Origin: an uncultured Acidobacteriota bacterium
GTDB taxonomy: Bacteria; Acidobacteriota; Thermoanaerobaculia; Multivoradales; UBA5704
Reading direction: 5' to 3'
Length of the DNA: 64,000 bases
Assembly (NCBI GenBank): GCA_963700145.1
Contig: OY969474.1
Span: 2,368,001-2,432,000, forward strand
The notes under the pieces were generated by a model. That model made no database searches, was not told the origin of the DNA, and was given only the letters and a program-made list of their open reading frames with translations. Shown here in pieces: positions 32,383 to 41,035 of the stretch. The translations under genes were made by a program, and so were the position numbers. The first letter of the stretch is position 1; every line of letters begins with the position of its first letter.

Positions 32383-33203
32383 CCCCGCGCGACGATCTTC
32401 GCCAGCGCCGCCTCGGGCGTCTTCCACCCTTCGCCGCTGATCCGCCCGACCTCGCGCCCGCCGATGTAGACGATCCCGACCGGCACGCCATGCACGTTCA
32501 GGCGCTGCGCCTCCGGGTGCTTGAGGTCGCGCGGCAGGCCGAAGTACTCGATCTGCACCTTCGACCCCTTGAGCTGCTCCTCCACCTTGAGCAGGTGGGG
32601 CAGGTACTCCTTGCAGAACGGGCACCAGGAGCCGAAGAAGACGCGCACCTTGACCGGCTTCGCCGCCTTCTTGAGTGCCGCGATCTGCTGCCCGTTCGGC
32701 CGGTAGGCCTGGGCGCCGCGGCCGTAGCTCGGCGAGTAGGCGCGCAACGCCGCGGCGTTCTTGGCGCCGAGCAGCGGCGGCTTGGTCTTGAGCTGCGCCT
32801 GGCGGCCGTCGACGGTGAAGGCCACGTCCTCGCCCACCACCTTGAACTGTCCCTGCGGCTCGAGCACCGCGTCGGCGAGGAGATCGATCGTGCCGTTCTT
32901 CTGTTTGGCCACCTTCATGATGTGAACGGTCTCGACCGACTGCTGCCGCGGCATCAGCATGACCGGCGACGGCAACGACGAGGAGAGCACCAGGATGGCC
33001 GGCACGGCCTCGGCCTGGTAGATCTCGGCGTTGACCGGCTTGCCGCCCACCCAAAGGACGTAGTCGCCCGTCGGCTCGAAGCCGCGCAGCACCGCGTCGG
33101 ACGGGACCTGCGCGGCGGCCGCGCCGGCCACGCAGAGCGACGCGAGGAAGGCGAGGAGGAGCGCCGCGGGGCGGCGGGGAGTCGTCGGGGTCCGGTGGGT
33201 CAT
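32379..33203 (-). CDS. Exported thioredoxin-domain protein
   Basis: Signal peptide, FFGSWCPFC and cis-Pro GVP. Confidence 0.85.
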   Translation of the reverse strand: MTHRTPTTPRRPAALLLAFLASLCVAGAAAAQVPSDAVLRGFEPTGDYVLWVGGKPVNAEIYQAEAVPAILVLSSSLPSPVMLMPRQQSVETVHIMKVAKQKNGTIDLLADAVLEPQGQFKVVGEDVAFTVDGRQAQLKTKPPLLGAKNAAALRAYSPSYGRGAQAYRPNGQQIAALKKAAKPVKVRVFFGSWCPFCKEYLPHLLKVEEQLKGSKVQIEYFGLPRDLKHPEAQRLNVHGVPVGIVYIGGREVGRISGEGWKTPEAALAKIVARG

Positions 33204-34198
33204 CGTTCGTCGCCTCTCGTCAGGGCGGGGCCGAGCCCCGCGTAGGTCTCGATCACCTTGCCCTGCCGCACGCGGAAGGCGCGCGGCAGGCTGCGGTAGA
33301 GCGGGCGCACCACCGCGGGCGGCGCGTCGCGGATCTGGAAGGCCGGCCCCCAGCGCCAGTAGAAGGCCGTGTGCTTCTCGGGCGGGGCGGCGGAGACGAC
33401 CACCAGCCCCGGCCGCCCGGCCTCGCCGGCGTAGGCGTTCAGCCTCTCGACCGCCTCGCCGAACGCCGGGTCCTCGAGGTCCGCCAGCACCACCAGGTGC
33501 TCGCCCTGGGCGAGCTCCGGCGCCACCGTGTCGAGGCAGACCCGCTCGCCCTCGGCGCCGGCGCAGAGATCGGCGACCTCCACCCCGGGCTTCAGCCGCG
33601 TCGCCAGGTCGTCGAGCGGCAGCGCCGGCGACCGCCAGGCGAAGAGCGCCGCGCCCACCGCGGCGAGCAGGGCCGCCGTGCCGCGGACCGGCGGAAACGT
33701 CCGCCCGCCGCGCGGCCGCCCGACGAAGGCCAGGGCCAGCGCCGGCACCAGGAGCAAGAGGTCCTGCCAGAACGCCTCGGCCGGCGTGCGCTGCACCAGG
33801 TTGCCGAAGCAGCCGCAGGCGGCGGCCTCCGGCGGCGCGATGCCGCGCACGTCCATCCAGTACGCCCTGCCGGTGAGGAACAGGAAGAAGGCGACCAGAA
33901 TTGCCGCCGGCACCAGCACCCAGAGGCGGCGGACGCCGAGGAGGAGTGCCAGACCGAGCCCCACCTCGAGCGCGATGGCGGCCAGGGCGAGCGGCCCCGC
34001 CGCAACGAAGCGATCCAGCCCTTCGAGGCGGATCTGCTCGGCGAAGGCGGCCGGGTCGAGCGCCTTGGCCCAGGCGGCGAAGAGGAGCACGGCGCCGAGG
34101 ACGACGCCCGCCGCGGTGCCGATCCAGCGCGCCCGGCCGGGCGCGCGCGTCGCCGCCAGGCTGGGCGGTGCGGCCGCGGTCATGGAGGAGCCGTTCAT
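33200..34198 (-). CDS. MauE/DoxX-family membrane protein with C-terminal thioredoxin-like domain
   Basis: GAVLLFAAWAKALDP, TM helices and ACGCFG. Confidence 0.8.
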   Translation of the reverse strand: MNGSSMTAAAPPSLAATRAPGRARWIGTAAGVVLGAVLLFAAWAKALDPAAFAEQIRLEGLDRFVAAGPLALAAIALEVGLGLALLLGVRRLWVLVPAAILVAFFLFLTGRAYWMDVRGIAPPEAAACGCFGNLVQRTPAEAFWQDLLLLVPALALAFVGRPRGGRTFPPVRGTAALLAAVGAALFAWRSPALPLDDLATRLKPGVEVADLCAGAEGERVCLDTVAPELAQGEHLVVLADLEDPAFGEAVERLNAYAGEAGRPGLVVVSAAPPEKHTAFYWRWGPAFQIRDAPPAVVRPLYRSLPRAFRVRQGKVIETYAGLGPALTRGDER

Positions 34199-35145
34199 CG
34201 AACGCCGATCCTACCCGGACCGCCCGCCGGCCGCGCCTGCAGCACCGTCGTCCCCGCCAGCCGGTCGTGGAGCGCCCGCCGCCCGGGGCCGAGCGCCATC
34301 CAGAAGCCGGCGCCGAGCGGCAGCGCCGAGAGCGCGTAGCCGGCGAGGCGGAGGAGGGCGCGGCCGACCGAGAGGCCGGCGCGGCCGTCCGGGCCGTGCA
34401 CGGTCAGGCCGAGGAGGCGCTTGCCCGGCGTCGTCCCCCAGAGGCACCAGCCGGCGAGCGGCACGAAGAGGGCGAGGAGGCCGCCCAAGACCCAGGTCAG
34501 CAGCCGGCCGCGCGGCGTGAACGGGCCGCCCAGCGGCAGGGCGAGGACCGCCGCCCCGAGGGCCACCGCCACGGCGTCGAGCACGAAGGCACCCGCTCGC
34601 GCCCAGAACTCGGCGGGCACCAGCTCCACTGGCACGGCGGGCGCCGGGGTCGGCGGTGCGGCTGCCGGCGTGGGCACCGGCGCGGCGGCCGCCGGCGTCC
34701 TGTCGAGAGCCGGTACGCGCCAGGGCGCCGGCGAAGCGATCCCCGGCGGCGAGGTCAGGTCGCCGGAGGTCGAGGAGGAGGCGGCCAGCTCTTCGGGCGC
34801 AGGGGCGGGCACGATCCGCGACGGCCGGCGGCCGTCGTCGCGGGCGAAGCGGAGGAAGGCCTGCGTCTCCCCTACCGTCAGCCGGTCGCCCTCGGCCATC
34901 GGCGTCTCGGCCTCGACGCGCTCGCCGTTGAGATAGGTGCCGTTGCTCGAGCGCAGGTCCTGGACGGTCACCCGGTCGCCGCGCACCCAGACCAGCGCGT
35001 GGCCGCGCGACACCGCCGGGTCCTTGACCACGACGCCGCAGCCGCGGCTGCGGCCGAGGGTCGTCTCCCCCTCGCGCAGCTCCACCCGCCGACCCTGGAT
35101 CTCCAGCACCCAGGCGCCGCGGCCGGCGCGGCTGCCGCCGGTCAC
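34195..35145 (-). CDS. FHA-domain plus RDD-family protein
   Basis: FHA: LGRS...VSRGHA...DLRSSNGTYLNG. RDD: FWARAGAFVLD...TPGKRLLGL...LHDRLAGT. The GTG start overlaps the uvrA stop. Confidence 0.85.
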   Translation of the reverse strand: MTGGSRAGRGAWVLEIQGRRVELREGETTLGRSRGCGVVVKDPAVSRGHALVWVRGDRVTVQDLRSSNGTYLNGERVEAETPMAEGDRLTVGETQAFLRFARDDGRRPSRIVPAPAPEELAASSSTSGDLTSPPGIASPAPWRVPALDRTPAAAAPVPTPAAAPPTPAPAVPVELVPAEFWARAGAFVLDAVAVALGAAVLALPLGGPFTPRGRLLTWVLGGLLALFVPLAGWCLWGTTPGKRLLGLTVHGPDGRAGLSVGRALLRLAGYALSALPLGAGFWMALGPGRRALHDRLAGTTVLQARPAGGPGRIGVR

Positions 35146-38033
35146 GAGGCGGCGCCGGCGGCCAGCTCCTCCATCTCCAGCTCCTCCGCCGCCGGCCAGC
35201 GGAGGTGGCGGCGGAGCTCGCGGGCGGTGGGGCTGTCCGCCTGCTCCAGGAAGGGCTCGAGCGGGCCGGAGTAGAGGAGCTTGCCGCCGTGGGCGCCGCC
35301 CCCCGGCCCGAGATCGACGATCCAGTCGGCGCGGGCGATCAGGTCCGGGCTGTGCTCGACGACGACGACCCCGTCGCCGCGCTGCACCAGGCGGCGCAGC
35401 GTCTGGTAGAGCAGGTCGATGTCGGCGAGGTGCAGGCCGGTCGTCGGCTCGTCGAAGAGGAAGAGCCGCCGCCCTTCCCCCTTCGGCCGGTCGAGGAAGC
35501 TCGCCAGCTTGAGTCGCTGCGCTTCGCCGCCGGAGAGGGTCGAGGTGGGCTGCCCCAGCCGCAGGTAGCCGAGCCCGACGTCGGCGAGGAGGCTCAGCCG
35601 GCGGCGCAGGCGGCGCTGGTCGGCGAAGGCGACGATGGCCGTCTCGACGGTCAGGTCGAGGGTCTCGGCGATGGTGCGGCCGCGGAAGCGCACCGCCAGG
35701 ACCTCGGGGCGGAAGCGGCGCCCCTGGCACTGGTCGCAGGGCACCGTCACCGGCGCCATGAACTGCATGTCCACCTCGGTGACGCCGGTGCCCTGGCACC
35801 CCGGGCAGCGGCCGCGGTCGAGGTTGAAGGAGAAGTGCGCGGCGGTGATGCCGCGGGCGCGGGCGTCGGGCAGGCCGGCGTAGAGCTTGCGCAGCTCGTC
35901 GTAGGCTTTGATGTAGGTGATCGGGTTGGAGCGGCTGGAGCGGCCGAGCGGCCGCTGGTCGACGAGCGTCACGTCGGCCAGCTCGTCGAGGCCGAGGAGG
36001 GCGTCGCAGTCGCCGGGGTCCACGTCCACGACGCCGCGCGCCCGGTGGTAGGTGCCGTAGAGGACGTTCTCGACCAGCGTCGACTTGCCCGAGCCGGAGA
36101 CGCCGGTCACCGCCACCAGCGCGCCGAGCGGGAACTCGACGTCGATGCCGCGCAGGTTGTGGGCGCGGGCGCCGCGCACCGCCACCCGCGGCAGGCCGGA
36201 GAGCTCCTCGACCAGCGACTCCCAGCCGTTCTCGCGCCGGAAGCGGGCCATGTGCCGGCGCGCCGGCGTCGGCGGGCGCTCCTTGAGATACCGTCCGGTG
36301 AGCGAGCGCTCGCAGGCGAGGATCGTCGCCAGCGGCCCCTCGGCCACTACCTCGCCGCCGCGCTCCCCGGCCAGCGGCCCGAGGTCGATGACGTGGTCGG
36401 CGCCGCGGATGAGCGTGCGGTCGTGCTCGACGACCAGCACCGTGTTGCCGCGCGCCGCGAGGTCGCGCAGGAGATGCAGGAGCCGCTCGCTGTCCTGGGC
36501 GTGAAGGCCGATCGTCGGCTCGTCGAGGACGTAGAGGGTGCTGGTGAGGCCGCCGCCGAGCGCCGCGGCGAGGTGGATGCGCTGGGTCTCGCCGCCCGAG
36601 AGCGTCCGCGCCTGGCGGTCGAGGGTGAGGTAGTCGAGGCCGACGCGGTGCAGCACCTCGACGCGCTCCGAAAGCTCGTCGAGGAGGTGGCCGGCGACCT
36701 CGCGCTCGCGCGGCGTCCAGCGCACCGTGCGCAGCCAGACGCGCAGGTCCTCGACCGAAAGGGCGGCGAGCTCGGGCAGCGTCCGGCCCTTGAGGCGCAC
36801 CGCCGTCGCCTCGGCCTTCAAGCGCGTGCCGCCGCACCCCGGGCACTGGGTGTAGGAGCGGTAGCGCGCCAGCAGCACGCGCACGTGGACCTTGTAAGTG
36901 CGGTTCTCCAACCACTGGAAGAAGCCGGTCAGGTTGACGAACTTGCCGGCGCCGCTCCACACCCACTCCCGCGTCGCGGCCGGCAGGTCGGCCCAGGGGA
37001 CGTCGAGCGGCACCCGCTTGCGCCGGCAGGCGGCGTAGAGCTCGTCGTACAGCTCCTCGTAAGCCGGCGTGTTCCAGGGGGCGATCGGGCGCTCGCGCAG
37101 CGTGCGGCGCGGATCGGGGACGACGCGCTCGCGGTCGATGCCGATGACCCGCCCGAACCCCTGGCAGACCGTGCAGGCGCCGAGCGGCGAGTTGAAGGAG
37201 AAGAGCGCGGGGGTGGGGCGGCGGAGCGGCTCGCCGCAGACGCCGCAGGCGAGCTCGCGGGCGTAGAGCCGGACGCCCAGGGGCCCACGCGCCTCCGCCC
37301 GTCCGCCGGCCATGCGGTAGGCCTCCTCCAGCGTCGCCGCCAGGCGGGCCGAGGCGTCCTCGCCACCTGAGGGCCCGCCCTGCGGGCCCGATCCGATCAT
37401 TCCGGCGCGGAAGCGGCCGAGGACCAGCGGCAGCGGATCGAGCTTGGCGGGCCAGGGCTCCCCCGGCTCCATACGCTGCGCCTCGTCGCCGTCGAGGCGC
37501 CGCGCGAACCCCTGCCGGATCAGCTCGGCGAGCGCGGCGTCGGCCTGCCGGCGCGGGCGCGGCAGGCGCACCACGACGAGGAAGGGGTCGCCGACGGCGC
37601 CGGCGGCGAGCTCGGCCGCGGCTTCCTCGACGGTGACGGCGCGCGCCGGGCCGTGCCCGTGCGGGCAGACGACCTCCCCCAGGTGGGTGAAGAGGAGGCG
37701 GAGGACGTCCTGCGTCTCGGTGATCGTGCCCACCGTCGAGCGGGCGTTGCGCACCGCGTTGCGCGCCTCCAGCGCCACCGCCGGCAGCACGTTGTCGATG
37801 GCATCGACCGGCGGCCGCTCCATCTGGTCGAGGAACTGCCGCGCGTAGGTGGACATCGACTCGACGAACCGCCGCTGCCCCTCGGCGAAGACGGTGTCGA
37901 AGGCGAGCGAGGACTTGCCGGCGCCGGAGGGTCCGGTGACGACGGTCACCGCGCGGTGCGGGATGCGGCAGTCGATCCCTTTGAGGTTGTGCGTGCGGGC
38001 GCGGCGGACCAGGATGGCGGGGCTCTGCGGCAT
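35142..38033 (-). CDS. uvrA: Excinuclease ABC subunit A
   Basis: Two ABC cassettes ([17 protein letters not shown]), LSGGE signatures, DEPT and zinc-finger Cys pairs. Confidence 0.93.
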   Translation of the reverse strand: MPQSPAILVRRARTHNLKGIDCRIPHRAVTVVTGPSGAGKSSLAFDTVFAEGQRRFVESMSTYARQFLDQMERPPVDAIDNVLPAVALEARNAVRNARSTVGTITETQDVLRLLFTHLGEVVCPHGHGPARAVTVEEAAAELAAGAVGDPFLVVVRLPRPRRQADAALAELIRQGFARRLDGDEAQRMEPGEPWPAKLDPLPLVLGRFRAGMIGSGPQGGPSGGEDASARLAATLEEAYRMAGGRAEARGPLGVRLYARELACGVCGEPLRRPTPALFSFNSPLGACTVCQGFGRVIGIDRERVVPDPRRTLRERPIAPWNTPAYEELYDELYAACRRKRVPLDVPWADLPAATREWVWSGAGKFVNLTGFFQWLENRTYKVHVRVLLARYRSYTQCPGCGGTRLKAEATAVRLKGRTLPELAALSVEDLRVWLRTVRWTPREREVAGHLLDELSERVEVLHRVGLDYLTLDRQARTLSGGETQRIHLAAALGGGLTSTLYVLDEPTIGLHAQDSERLLHLLRDLAARGNTVLVVEHDRTLIRGADHVIDLGPLAGERGGEVVAEGPLATILACERSLTGRYLKERPPTPARRHMARFRRENGWESLVEELSGLPRVAVRGARAHNLRGIDVEFPLGALVAVTGVSGSGKSTLVENVLYGTYHRARGVVDVDPGDCDALLGLDELADVTLVDQRPLGRSSRSNPITYIKAYDELRKLYAGLPDARARGITAAHFSFNLDRGRCPGCQGTGVTEVDMQFMAPVTVPCDQCQGRRFRPEVLAVRFRGRTIAETLDLTVETAIVAFADQRRLRRRLSLLADVGLGYLRLGQPTSTLSGGEAQRLKLASFLDRPKGEGRRLFLFDEPTTGLHLADIDLLYQTLRRLVQRGDGVVVVEHSPDLIARADWIVDLGPGGGAHGGKLLYSGPLEPFLEQADSPTARELRRHLRWPAAEELEMEELAAGAAS

Positions 38034-38155
38034 CTTCGGCGGCCCCGCCCCGGACGCGCCAGCCAAGGGTTCAACCTGCGGCCGGCGGCGGCGGGGCGAA
38101 GCACGCCATCATACAGCCGTTCCCGCCCCGCGCAGTGCCGCCGGGAGGGTGCGGG

Positions 38156-38854
38156 CTAGAAGCGCGAGCTGGCGCCGCGAGCGTCGCGCACGACCTCGAT
38201 CTGCTCGGCCAGCAGGCGGCTGCCGAGGTCGCGCACCTCGACCTCCACCTCGTCGCCGCGCTCGAGGTTCTCGGGCTCGTAGTTGCGGCCCTCGAAGCGC
38301 ACCACGGTGTCGGCGTCGTAGTGGACGACGAGGCGGCCGCTGCGCACGTCGGACTCGAAGCTGCGCTCGGCGTCGACGTTCTCGAGCTCGATCGTGCGGT
38401 CGCCGGTGTCGACGTAGCGGACGAGCCCGCGCAGGTCGGCGTAGCTGCTGCCGGTCGAGCTGCCGGTGCCGGTGCCGCGGCTGATGTCGGAGAGCACCTC
38501 GATCTGGTTGGCGACGAGGCGGCTGCCGCTGCGCTCGACGTCGGCGGCGATGCGGTCGCCGCGCTCGAGGTCGCCGGGCTCGTAAGTGCGCCCCTCGAAC
38601 TCGACGCGCGTCTGGTCGTCGTAGTAGAGCGCCACCTGGTCGTCCTCGTTGCGCAGCTCGGAGCGGTAGTCCTCGGCCTCCAGCCAGATGATCCGGGAGC
38701 CGGTGTCGACGCGCTCCACGGTGCCGCGCACGTCGTCGAGCTGGCTGGGCGAGCTGCCGCCGCCCAGGATGTCGCCGATGTCGGTCGAGCCGCAGCCGGC
38801 GACGGCCAGGAAGAGGCAAACGATTGAAAGGAGGAAGCTTCGGGTCGTTCTCAT
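38156..38854 (-). CDS. Lipoprotein with two OB-fold (DUF5666-like) repeats
   Basis: Lipobox VAGC; internal duplication (T.V.FEGR.YEP..LERGD). Confidence 0.8.
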   Translation of the reverse strand: MRTTRSFLLSIVCLFLAVAGCGSTDIGDILGGGSSPSQLDDVRGTVERVDTGSRIIWLEAEDYRSELRNEDDQVALYYDDQTRVEFEGRTYEPGDLERGDRIAADVERSGSRLVANQIEVLSDISRGTGTGSSTGSSYADLRGLVRYVDTGDRTIELENVDAERSFESDVRSGRLVVHYDADTVVRFEGRNYEPENLERGDEVEVEVRDLGSRLLAEQIEVVRDARGASSRF

Positions 38855-38907
38855 GGTGTTGGCTCCTGGTTGTGGAGACCCGTCGGGCGTCTCGGAGAGG
38901 TAGATAG

Positions 38908-38923
38908 AGCAGGAGCCGTGCCA
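38908..38923 (-). promoter_or_regulatory. Sigma-54 promoter
   Basis: TGGCACGGCTCCTGCT, about 54 nt upstream of the lipoprotein ATG. Confidence 0.65.
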
Positions 38924-38991
38924 GATGCGGCCGCTCGGCGGCCGGGCGGCGGCCGGAGCGGGCGACGGCAGCCCGCTCCGGCCTGGGGCGA

Positions 38992-39573
38992 TCAGTGGTT
39001 GCACCCCCGGTGGTGGCGATGGCCGCGGCCGCGCTTGCCGCGGTGCTTGCCGCCGTGACGGTCGTCGTCGCGGTCGTAGCGGCCGCGGCGGTCGCGGCGG
39101 TCGTAGCGGTCGTCATAGCGGTCGCGGCCGTAGCGGTCGTCGCGGCCGCGACGGTCGTACCGGTCGTCGTAGCGACCGTACCGATCGTCGTGGCGGCCGT
39201 CCCGGCCGTAGCCGTCGTAGCCGGCGAAGCGGGGCGCGTAGCGGTCGAACGCCCAGTAGGGGTCCACGTCGTAGTTGCGGAAGTGGGCGCCGACGAGCGG
39301 GCAGGACTCGTGGTGGTAGTAGCGCCCGCCGTCGTGGAAGCAGGAGCGGCTACACTGGTGGCCGCGGTAGCGGATCGGCCGGTCGTAGCGGTAGTAGTAG
39401 GCGGGTTGGTAGGCGAAGCTCGGTCTGCCGAAGACGAACGAGATGTGCGCGGCGCCGACCCGGAAGGCGGCGCCGACCGCGAGCCAATCGTGGTAGGCCC
39501 GCGCCTCGGGGACGAGACCTGGAGCGAACAGCGTCGCCCCGACCAGGACTCCGGCCACTAGCAACTTGCGCAT
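38992..39573 (-). CDS. Secreted protein with an Arg/Asp/Tyr-rich low-complexity tail
   Basis: GGAGG RBS, signal peptide MRKLLVAGVLVGATLFA, GRYDDRYDRR repeats and His-rich end. Confidence 0.75.
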   Translation of the reverse strand: MRKLLVAGVLVGATLFAPGLVPEARAYHDWLAVGAAFRVGAAHISFVFGRPSFAYQPAYYYRYDRPIRYRGHQCSRSCFHDGGRYYHHESCPLVGAHFRNYDVDPYWAFDRYAPRFAGYDGYGRDGRHDDRYGRYDDRYDRRGRDDRYGRDRYDDRYDRRDRRGRYDRDDDRHGGKHRGKRGRGHRHHRGCNH

Positions 39574-39733
39574 CGCTGTGAAACCTCCTTTGTCGGCCGG
39601 CAAGGATCACGAAATGTGCCAGCGGGACGGGAGGGCGGCCGCCGAGGGGCAGGCGGCGCGGCGAGGCCGGTGCGCGTCCACGGCCGTGGACGAGGGAGCA
39701 GCCTCGAGGGGTCGCGCGCGGTAGGCTTCGGCC

Positions 39734-40111
39734 GTGGAGGACAAGGACCTGGGAAGGGCGCTGGAGGTGCTGCGGATCGCCCGCGGCTGGACGCAGGACG
39801 AGCTGAGCCGCGCGGCGGAGATGCGCGGCAGCTCGATCTCAAGGTACGAGAGCGGCAAGGAGCTGCCGGACGCCGGCGCCGTGCGGCGGCTCGTCGCCGC
39901 GATGGGCTTCGCGCCCGACGCCGTGGAGCGGACGCGGCGGTTCCTGGCCGGATTGCGCGGGGAGAAAGAGGCGGCGCCAGAAGGCGGAGTGCCTGTGCCC
40001 GAAGCGCCTGCGGCGCGGCCAGACGAGGCGGAACGGCTCGAAGCGGAGATCGACGGCGTCGTCTCCGACCTCGGCCGGGTCCTCCGCGAGCTCGCGCGCC
40101 GCTCCGTTTAG
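39734..40111 (+). CDS. XRE-family HTH protein
   Basis: LRIARGWTQDELSRAAEMRGSSISRYESG. Confidence 0.88.
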   Translation: MEDKDLGRALEVLRIARGWTQDELSRAAEMRGSSISRYESGKELPDAGAVRRLVAAMGFAPDAVERTRRFLAGLRGEKEAAPEGGVPVPEAPAARPDEAERLEAEIDGVVSDLGRVLRELARRSV

Positions 40112-40130
40112 CTCCCGGACGCGCCGGGAC

Positions 40131-40386
40131 CGTCCCGGGCGCCCCGTTTCCGTTGTGGGCGCCCGATTTCCCTCGCGGGCGTCCCGTTTCCTTCGTGGGC
40201 GCCCAAGATCCATCGCGGGCGGCCGATTTCCGTCGCGGGCGCCCCATTTCCCTTCCGGGCGCCCCATCTTCGTCGCGGGCGCCGGATTTCCGTCCCGGGC
40301 GCCCCGTTTTCATCACGGGCGGTCAATTCTCCTCCCGGACGCCCGATCTCCGTGGTCGCCCGCCGATCTTCGTCGCGGGCGCTCCG
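40131..40386. repeat. Degenerate 20-bp tandem array (about 12 units), consensus near GGGCGCCCCGTTTCCGTCGC
   Basis: GGGC recurs exactly every 20 nt from 40137 to 40377, apart from two variant units at 40337 and 40357. Confidence 0.9.
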
Positions 40387-40486
40387 TGAGCGTGCCGGGC
40401 GCTCCGTCGCCGTCGCCGGCGCGCCGCGACGGTCGCGGGCGCCCCGGGATCCTCCCGGAAGCGCGGCGACCGTCACGGCCGCTCCG

Positions 40487-41035
40487 TCAGCCCACCCGCT
40501 CCGAGAAGGGCGGGTAGCGCACGACGAGGTCCGCGTCGTCGACCTCGATCTCGGTCGCGAAGCCGGTGTCGCTCTCGTAGCGGAGGCGGCGGGCGTCGAG
40601 CCGGGTGTAGGTCTGCGCGAGGAGCTTGAACTCGAGGCTCGGAAAGAGGACCCAGGCGGCGTTGACGTCGCGGCTTTCGCCGGGGGCGAGCGGGAGGCGG
40701 CGGAGCGGCAGGGTGTTGGTGGCCGGGGTGAGGCTGAGGTCCACGTCGAGGCAGCCGGCGACCGCCGGCAGCTCCTCGGCGCCCGCCCGCCAGCGCCCCT
40801 CGCCGTCGGCGTCGAGCTCCAGCTGCCGCGCCTCCCCGCCGTGCGCCATGAGGACCCGCACCCGCCGCGTCCGCCAATCGGCGGCGCACTCGATCTCGTA
40901 CTCGACGTGCAGCGGCGCCCCCTCGTGCGCCAGGAGGATGGTGCCGGCGAGCCGCGGTCCGTCCGGTCCCTCGACCAGCCGGAAGTGCTCCAGCCCGGGG
41001 ACGTCCAGCCGCCGCCAGAGGAGCGAAACGCTCAG
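40487..41035 (-). CDS. Putative glycolipid-binding domain protein (DUF1089-like)
   Basis: LWRRLDVPGLEH...DVDLSLTPATNTLPLRRL...QTYTRL...VVRYP. The start codon is uncertain (CTG overlapping the upstream TGA). Confidence 0.8.
   Translation of the reverse strand: MSVSLLWRRLDVPGLEHFRLVEGPDGPRLAGTILLAHEGAPLHVEYEIECAADWRTRRVRVLMAHGGEARQLELDADGEGRWRAGAEELPAVAGCLDVDLSLTPATNTLPLRRLPLAPGESRDVNAAWVLFPSLEFKLLAQTYTRLDARRLRYESDTGFATEIEVDDADLVVRYPPFSERVG

Noticed and set aside
34195-36966. 923-aa ORF as a single protein
   Set aside because: Only the last ~316 codons (FHA-RDD) are protein-like; the rest is an alternate frame of uvrA.
39606-39621. Fourth sigma-54 promoter (TGGCACATTTCGTGAT, minus strand)
   Set aside because: The -24 box is good but the -12 box lacks the conserved GC. 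It is possible but not supported well enough.
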